DNA of 64,000 nt from a virus (taxonomy: Duplodnaviria; Heunggongvirae; Uroviricota; Caudoviricetes), in IMG/VR virus record IMGVR_UViG_3300028048_000115, positions 18,061 through 82,060 of that record. One strand, written 5' to 3'. This document shows positions 57,516-64,000 of this stretch, one piece after another. Position 1 is the stretch's first letter. Every line of letters begins with the position of its first letter. The notes below the pieces were generated by a model. That model was not told the origin of the DNA. It saw nothing but the letters and a program-made list of their open reading frames with translations, and made no database searches. Both the position numbers and the translations under genes were made by a program.

Positions 57516-58966
57516 CCTACATCTACCCTAAAGGGTAGATGCTTCCATTTAGAACTACAGAAGTTGTAATTCTAGTTCAGACATCTGGGACTTGTGCGTA
57601 GCACAGAAATCCAGATGTTTGAAGGCTTTATACTCCGAGAGGTCCTTCCCAAGAGTTTGGTGAGATTTGTTGTAAACAACAGTCTCACCGAATTTTAAAA
57701 TATTAATTGCTGAATTATAATCTCTATCAATAATATTACCACAGTTACACTTTAGTGTACGGTTGGTAACATCTTTCATTTCTGGATGCCTTTCTCCACA
57801 TTTAGAACAGACCTGAGAACTTGGATAATATTTGTCTGTATAGACAATTATGTCTCCAAACTTCTCAGCATTTTCTTCTAACTTTTTGAGAAAATAACTC
57901 CATTGTAGCAAACTTATAGACTTTCCATGATTTCCACCTTTAGTGGAAGTTTTGGAATCCTTATAAGAAGTATGTTCAGCCATTTCTTTAAGGTCTAAGT
58001 TCTCAATAACTATCAGCTCATTGTGTTTACACAAATTTCTTGATAACTTGTTGATATAATCAACTTGGATATTATGAGCTCTTTCAAATAATTTGTTACG
58101 CTTCATCGTGATACGATGGACTTTAACGGAGACCTTACGCTTTTTCTTAGATTTGTTTCTCATCTTTGAAATAGCAGTATTTAAAAAATCAATTTTATTT
58201 TGGAGTAATTCCATCTTAGATCTCTTTGTTAAGAACTCTGGTGCATTTGCACCAAAACTATCAACGAAGAAATCTTTTAAAGAAAAATCTAAACCAATAT
58301 GACCATTTTCTACACGGTCTTCGTAAACCTTGTCGACCTCGACAAGTAACGATACTTTGTAAACTCCAGTTTTGGTTCTTTTAATAGTTCCTGACTTAAT
58401 TTTGCCGTTTAAAATTCAGGTTTAATATTTTTACAGTTGAAATGAACATTTCCTACCTTTGGAATTTTCACGTATGACTTTGACTTACAGTCAGGATTAT
58501 ACGAAAGTTTTAAATTATTACTATAAAAATAATCTGAATGAGCCTTTTTAGATCTGAAACTAACTAATCCAACTTTTTTGCCTTTTGCTCTTTTTGACCT
58601 ATTGATTTTATTGGTCTGTTTAAATTTATAAAGAACTTGTTGGATAGACCAAGAATAAGAACCTAAAAGAAATTCGTACTCCGTACGCAATTCTTTATAA
58701 TCCTTATAATTTGGTGCTCTATTTTCTTTAAGTGCTTTTAAATATTCTTCTACATATTTGTTATAGATAAATCTACAATCATTTAAATGTTTATCTTAAA
58801 GCAGTTTTTGAGCACTATCAGGCTTTAGTTCAAGAACTAAACCTCTGATAATCTTGGTCATTCAAATTCCTCTATTTAAAATTTGTTTTATATAAATATT
58901 ATATAATATAATTATTAGAATGTCAATGTCTGTATATAGTCTAAAGGTTCATATTTTTATTCATTG
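57511..58966 (-). mobile_element. IS200/IS605-family TnpB-only element (left end at 58966, right end at 57511), with tnpB disrupted
   Basis: ends match the miniature copies; the right end overlaps the TGA of the upstream gene. Confidence 0.7.
57555..58860 (-). pseudogene. tnpB: tnpB (RuvC-I IGLDFS, zinc finger CSKCG...CNCG, RuvC-III RDYNSAINI) split over at least 3 frames
   Basis: ORF fragments 58409-58690 and 57555-58214 plus an out-of-frame RuvC-I segment. Confidence 0.6.
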
Positions 58967-59153
58967 GGTTATATAATTTATATTTAATAAAAAATCAAGA
59001 ATTTTGATTGCACATCAAACATAAAAACCCTCAATGAAGAGGGTTGTTATTTGTACCATTTTAGTGAGTTCTTTTAGATTGAACTCTTTATTCCTCTATT
59101 AAGAGTTTTTATAATGAATTTAAAAGAGCGATACAAAGTATCGCTCAATTTAG

Positions 59154-62100
59154 TTACATACTTACACGGTCTTTTATTTCTGACATTTTAGCGTCATTCA
59201 TTCTTGTGGATCCATTAACATTAGAATAGCCTAGATAACCACAGACTCTTGAAATTGTTGTGGTATTAGAACTTCCACAATGAGGACATTTGTTTCCGCC
59301 ATTTTGATAATCAAACCCACACTCATTGCAATGTGAACTATCAAAGTTTACACCTTGATAAAAACCTTTCTGCATACCTCTAACAATAATTGTTTTAAGT
59401 GCTTCAAGATTTTCTGGATTATCAATTCTTACGTACTGAATGTGGCCACCATTTACTTTATGGAAACACTCAAACTCAGCATCCTGCTTATCAACTGGTG
59501 TAATATTCGCACCCACGTGACAATGGAATGAGTTTGTGAAATAATCACCAAAACGGGTGTCGCCTGTTAACTCAGCGTACTGAACTGCTTGTTTTCCACA
59601 AAGACTTTCTGCTGGGGTACCATAAAGTGCGTATAAATGATTATCTTCCTTTTTAAATTTTTCTATCTTTTCTAATATAAAATCAATAACTTTTGAAGCA
59701 AATTGAGATTTGTCTTCATAAATTGTCTTGCCGTTCCAAAGAACCGTACTTTCATTTAACGCAGTAATTCCAAAACTTGATGTCATATAACGGGTTAAAT
59801 TGCCTATGCAGTCGTCTGGATTTAAAGTACCACCGTAAAAACCACCTTGAGTGAACGCAAGTGGATTTGTGGATGCCTTGATACTTGCGATAAAGTCATA
59901 ACGCTTGCACAAAAATTGTCTAATTGTCTGTAAGCGACTTTCTAAAAGTGACCAAAACTTTGATTTCCATTCGGAACCAAATTCTTGTTTTGCCACTGCC
60001 ATAATTACAGGAATATTCAATGATACAGCACCAATGTTACATCTTCCAACAGTAATACTTTCTTTAGTTTCTGGATCCTCCCAATGAGATAGGTAAGCTC
60101 TACAATTATGTGAAGCAACTCCAGAAAATACAAATGTTTCGGACTCCGTTTGGACATCATAAGAATAACCAACTTCATTATCAGTCTCAATATTTGTAAT
60201 CTTAATAGGTTCCTCATTTTCATTCATTAAAAATGAATTGGTCTCTAATTCATTCGCAAGAATTTGACCGTTGTCCGTAACAAATGGGTGGTCTTCGGTA
60301 ACCCTGATTGTTGCACCGTTTTCAAATGTTATCTTTAGCCAATTAGTAACATTCTTATTCCTGATAATTCTCTTTAGTTTTGTGTATGTGCCATCAATAT
60401 CTTGAATACTAATATTAAAGCTTTCTAAATCAAGAACATCAGAAACTTCATTGCTAAAGGTATCAAATGTATTTTTAACTTCTTTATGAGTTACTGATAA
60501 TTTCAAATCAGCGTAATCGTTGCTTCTAATCTTATCTTCCCATAAATCAACAATTTCAATTCCTAATTGTTTTGCGTATTCACGTTTTTCCTCGTGATAT
60601 TTTGGTCCTCTCTTGTGATATCCTTTCTCTGAATATTCGGTATCAGAATTTTTTGAATGAGTAGCAAAATCCTGAACTTCAATTCCATAATTTAACTTAG
60701 GGAAAAATACATCAATTTCATAAGTTTTACCGTTGAAGGTAAATTTAGAATTGCGGACAAAGTCCTTTTCAGTTAAGCATTCCTCTTTATACATCTTTTC
60801 TGTATAACCAGAATATTTTAAGTCATCTACAAGTTTAAGCTCCAAATATGAATCCCAAATGTTAAACAGCGATACGTCATAACCTCGTTCAACTCGTACA
60901 TTTCTCCTTGGGAATTGGATTCCAAAATGTTCTTCAAAATCAATTCTGCAAGGTTTTCTTCCAATAGTTTCCTTGAATTTTCTTGCCCAAAGATTTACTA
61001 GATCACCATCAAATGAGGCATAACCGTTTTCTGAAAAATTATGCTCATTTAATATCTTTTTTGAACCCTTTGAGTGCTCAAACTTGGTTTCTAACCAATT
61101 TGCAGGTCTTCCATTTTTTTGGTAATAATGATTAAACAGGTCACCAATTTTTACATTGCTAAAATACTTTGAGCGCTTGATATTCACTCTTTCGTTGTAA
61201 TCAATACAACCCATTGGTGAAACAATAGTGCCGTAATTTTTAAATTCTTGAGCAACTTTGTTATGATCAATATCTCCACTTAAAGAGAGGTAATCAGGGT
61301 ACATACATTTTGCAGATGTTTTGATACAGTCGTCAAATAATTCTGAACTGTATTGATCATTAGCGATTTGGTTTTCATCATATAGATAAACCAATTTTGG
61401 AAACACTACTGAAACACCGTTGTGTCCTTTCTTACGTGTTTTTAAAATACTCTTTCCAATCTCTTTCAACCAAAACTTATCATTTTCAGAAATGTTGGTA
61501 TCCCATTGACCAAAGGTTAATGTTGTAAATGCAAAATCGCCTCTTGAGCAAGGTACTGTATTGAGTTTTAATTCTAATGATTGGAAACCTTGTTTTAACT
61601 CTGTAATAGTATCTTCAATAGCGTATCGTTCAGCGTCTAACTTATTGATACCTCTGTGAATATGAATATCAATGCTTCTGTTAAAAGACTTTTTAACATA
61701 AGGTAATAAAACCTTATCAATTTCAGCAAGAGTAAAACCACCAAATTGCTGAGCAGTGGCAACAAGAGTAATATCTCCAATAACCTGTAATGCAGACAAC
61801 ACGCTTTTAGGTTCATTATAATGAATGTTTGACATTGTGAAACCGTCTTTTAAAACGTTACCAATATCAAAAAGACAGCAGTTGATGGAACCAAAAATCA
61901 TATCACGCATATCGTGGATATAAATGTCACCTCGTTTTGTTAGGAACTTTTCTGTCTTGTTTAATTCAAATTCTTGATATAATCTTTTGGTTGTTGAACC
62001 TCTTATTAATGAACCCTTTGTACTGATTAAACTTGAGTCAAAATTTGCGTTCTCACGGTCACCTAAGTGAATAATGTCATCTGCTTCTTCCTTGAGTTTT

Positions 62101-62387
62101 CTCCAAGTAGCGTAATCGGTTGCTTTGTAATTTCGGTATCCGTAATATGCTTCTGCAATATCGTTATAGTTAAAATGTTTTAAAGCATTAACAACAATGC
62201 TGTGAATTTTAATTGTGCTAATACTTTCGGCATTTACCATTGTTTGACAATACTCCGCAATTTGAGTGAGAATATTGTTAGGAATGCTTTCACCTATGTG
62301 GTCTGCGGCCTTGATGATTGCATTGATGATTTTAGAATTATTCCAAAATTCTGTTTCATCATTTTTCTTAATAACTCTAATTGGCAT
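59154..62387 (-). CDS. nrdD: anaerobic ribonucleoside-triphosphate reductase with an inserted intein
   Basis: ATP-cone at the N-terminus; glycyl-radical RVCGY and Zn CPHCGS at the C-terminus; extein junction VSPMG|C...HN|CRAYLSHW. Confidence 0.85.
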   Translation of the reverse strand: MPIRVIKKNDETEFWNNSKIINAIIKAADHIGESIPNNILTQIAEYCQTMVNAESISTIKIHSIVVNALKHFNYNDIAEAYYGYRNYKATDYATWRKLKEEADDIIHLGDRENANFDSSLISTKGSLIRGSTTKRLYQEFELNKTEKFLTKRGDIYIHDMRDMIFGSINCCLFDIGNVLKDGFTMSNIHYNEPKSVLSALQVIGDITLVATAQQFGGFTLAEIDKVLLPYVKKSFNRSIDIHIHRGINKLDAERYAIEDTITELKQGFQSLELKLNTVPCSRGDFAFTTLTFGQWDTNISENDKFWLKEIGKSILKTRKKGHNGVSVVFPKLVYLYDENQIANDQYSSELFDDCIKTSAKCMYPDYLSLSGDIDHNKVAQEFKNYGTIVSPMGCIDYNERVNIKRSKYFSNVKIGDLFNHYYQKNGRPANWLETKFEHSKGSKKILNEHNFSENGYASFDGDLVNLWARKFKETIGRKPCRIDFEEHFGIQFPRRNVRVERGYDVSLFNIWDSYLELKLVDDLKYSGYTEKMYKEECLTEKDFVRNSKFTFNGKTYEIDVFFPKLNYGIEVQDFATHSKNSDTEYSEKGYHKRGPKYHEEKREYAKQLGIEIVDLWEDKIRSNDYADLKLSVTHKEVKNTFDTFSNEVSDVLDLESFNISIQDIDGTYTKLKRIIRNKNVTNWLKITFENGATIRVTEDHPFVTDNGQILANELETNSFLMNENEEPIKITNIETDNEVGYSYDVQTESETFVFSGVASHNCRAYLSHWEDPETKESITVGRCNIGAVSLNIPVIMAVAKQEFGSEWKSKFWSLLESRLQTIRQFLCKRYDFIASIKASTNPLAFTQGGFYGGTLNPDDCIGNLTRYMTSSFGITALNESTVLWNGKTIYEDKSQFASKVIDFILEKIEKFKKEDNHLYALYGTPAESLCGKQAVQYAELTGDTRFGDYFTNSFHCHVGANITPVDKQDAEFECFHKVNGGHIQYVRIDNPENLEALKTIIVRGMQKGFYQGVNFDSSHCNECGFDYQNGGNKCPHCGSSNTTTISRVCGYLGYSNVNGSTRMNDAKMSEIKDRVSM
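60105..61208 (-). other. intein (about 368 aa) in NrdD carrying a Vsr/PD-(D/E)xK-like endonuclease domain
   Basis: starts CIDYNERV, ends VASHN before Cys; internal IDVFFPKLNYGIEVQDFATH resembles the Vsr fold. Confidence 0.6.
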
Positions 62388-62997
62388 TATTGGTGTCCTT
62401 CTTTGGTTTTTCAAAAATTGCTTTTTTAATTGCGTTTAAATGTGCTTTACGGGAGTCTAAACCATTTAGGCCACCGTTAATTCTTTTTGTAGTAACCGCA
62501 AGATCACGTTCACGACTTAACATATTGATTTTCCAAAACCAAATTGCACTCTTAACAGCACCCTCAACGGTACTGAAATAGTCAGGATCGGTAACGTCAA
62601 GTGCTTGCATTGCAAGAGTATAATTTCGTTTTCCTGTTAACTGAATTAAACCTCTTCCTCTGTATTTCCAACCATCACCAGAGTATTCATCACCATTTCC
62701 CATTCTGTTAGCATAAACAACATTTGCGATTTTTTCTGGTCGTCTTACATAGTCTAATGGGTTTCTTGGAACATAGGTATATACAAAGTATTTTGGAAAC
62801 ACTCTCTTTAAGCCTTCTAAAGAATAGTTTAAATTTTCAACAACAAATCTAAACCCTCCAGACTCGTGGGCACATTGTGCTAAGAAAATAAGTTTGTTTT
62901 CATCTTCCCAAGGTTCCTTATCTAACTCTTCTGCAAGTTTTTCGATAATGCCAGGAATAGCATTGGGATACGCTTTCTTAATTTTAAGAATATCCAT
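62377..62997 (-). CDS. endolysin, glycoside hydrolase family 19-like
   Basis: AQCAHESGGF...GRGLIQLTG..NY motifs. Confidence 0.6.
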   Translation of the reverse strand: MDILKIKKAYPNAIPGIIEKLAEELDKEPWEDENKLIFLAQCAHESGGFRFVVENLNYSLEGLKRVFPKYFVYTYVPRNPLDYVRRPEKIANVVYANRMGNGDEYSGDGWKYRGRGLIQLTGKRNYTLAMQALDVTDPDYFSTVEGAVKSAIWFWKINMLSRERDLAVTTKRINGGLNGLDSRKAHLNAIKKAIFEKPKKDTNNAN

Positions 62998-63200
62998 TTT
63001 TCCATCTCCAATTACGATCTGTTTAACGTGTCTAATTATCCTTAAACACGTTATTAAAAAATATCTTTTTATTGTCATTTATTTATTTTAACACAGTTTT
63101 ATTAAAAGGTCTAATGTATTTATTGTTTTTTGAGTCCTTTTAAAATATAAATATTTCTTAAAACTAAAAATTTATAAATATTTAAAAAAGGAGTTTTTTA

Positions 63201-64000
63201 ATGTTATCAGATCTAAGAAAGATTTTTACAGATGAAATCATAGAGCATTATAAAAACAATAAAGATTTAATAACACACGAGCTGCTCGTAAAACTAAGAT
63301 CATACGGTAACGAAGGAAAGCAGTTAGCACTTGATATTCTTGATACAGAGAAAACACCAGATAATTATTATCTTGACGCTTATGGCGGAAAAATTGCTTT
63401 CTTAGGGGACAGAGAAATTAAGCGTCCTTTCACAAAAATGAAGTTAGCACAAATTCATATTGAGGAACTCAAAAAGTGTGCTGATGACCTTAACTATTTC
63501 CGTGAAAATTATATCAAAATAAGAACTAAAGACGGAATTAATTTTCCAGAAATGAGACCTTATCAACAAGGGTTTTTGGATGCCTTAACTTCAGAATACG
63601 AAACCATTGTTTCGTTGCAGCCAAGACAGTCAGGTAAGTCGGTAACCACTGCCATTTATATGACTTGGTTATTCAACTTTGACCACGACAAAAATATGGG
63701 AATTTGTGCTAACAATATAAAACTTGCAAAAGAATTTTTAAATAATGTCCGAAATATGTTTTACGGGTTGCCGATGTGGATGAGGGTCGGTGTGAGTGTT
63801 TGGAACAAAGGTTCGATTGAGTCCGAAAACAAAATGAGAGTTCTCACAGACAGTCCTTCCGAAAATTCATTTCGTGGTTATACTATCAATTTCTTAGTTA
63901 CAGACGAAACCGCATTTATTAAGCAATCAGTATTTTCTGCTTTTTCAGACTCTGTTATGCCTTCACAATCCGCATTATCCTGGAAGAAAAATCTTTTTAT
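63201..64000 (+). CDS. terminase large subunit (gp17-like), 5' partial (continues beyond the window)
   Basis: Walker A QPRQSGKS, VWNKGSIE, Walker B FLVTDE; TATAAATA box at about 63173. Confidence 0.8.
   Translation, partial: MLSDLRKIFTDEIIEHYKNNKDLITHELLVKLRSYGNEGKQLALDILDTEKTPDNYYLDAYGGKIAFLGDREIKRPFTKMKLAQIHIEELKKCADDLNYFRENYIKIRTKDGINFPEMRPYQQGFLDALTSEYETIVSLQPRQSGKSVTTAIYMTWLFNFDHDKNMGICANNIKLAKEFLNNVRNMFYGLPMWMRVGVSVWNKGSIESENKMRVLTDSPSENSFRGYTINFLVTDETAFIKQSVFSAFSDSVMPSQSALSWKKNLF

Noticed and set aside
58093-58302. 69-aa + strand ORF inside the IS
   Set aside because: It is antisense to the tnpB fragments, AT-rich and low-complexity.

Overview
The window is AT-rich (about 30% GC), densely coding and mostly on the + strand. 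It looks like part of a large T4-like (Straboviridae-like) phage genome. Recognisable core genes include a gp44-like clamp loader, the N-terminal part of a family-B DNA polymerase (gp43-like), dUTPase, a gp45-like sliding clamp, a gp32-like SSB, RNase H/FEN, an Endo VII resolvase, a gp55-like late sigma factor, an ATP-dependent DNA ligase, NrdG, an intein-containing NrdD, a gp31/GroES-like co-chaperonin, a GH19 endolysin, a candidate spanin pair and the 5' end of the large terminase. Accessory content is rich. It includes a diversity-generating retroelement (RT, TR, and a VR at the 3' end of a late gene). There is a tandem array of seven divergent paralogous genes. A phage-borne flagellin with elevated GC sits next to an intact TnpB gene, and a UDP-galactopyranose mutase lies nearby. 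A second IS200/IS605-type TnpB element has a disrupted tnpB and shares its ends with several miniature end-only derivatives (MITE/PATE-like) and solo right-end hairpins scattered through the window. A mini-intein interrupts the P-loop of a kinase-like protein. There are also an RlmN/Cfr-like radical SAM protein, a DUF2829 (Tad2-like) protein, Dps-like, SPFH, vWA and ParM-like proteins. Intergenic regions reuse one modular architecture: a conserved terminator hairpin AGCACTCA-loop-TGAGTGCT, arrays of a TTTTGGATCCATTTAAAATTTT direct repeat, an 18-bp perfect inverted repeat element, CRP-consensus-like TGTGAT-N4-ATCACA palindromes, and a MotA-box-like middle-promoter motif. TATAAATA late-promoter-like boxes precede structural and packaging genes. 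No rRNA or CRISPR was seen, and no tRNA could be recognised by eye.
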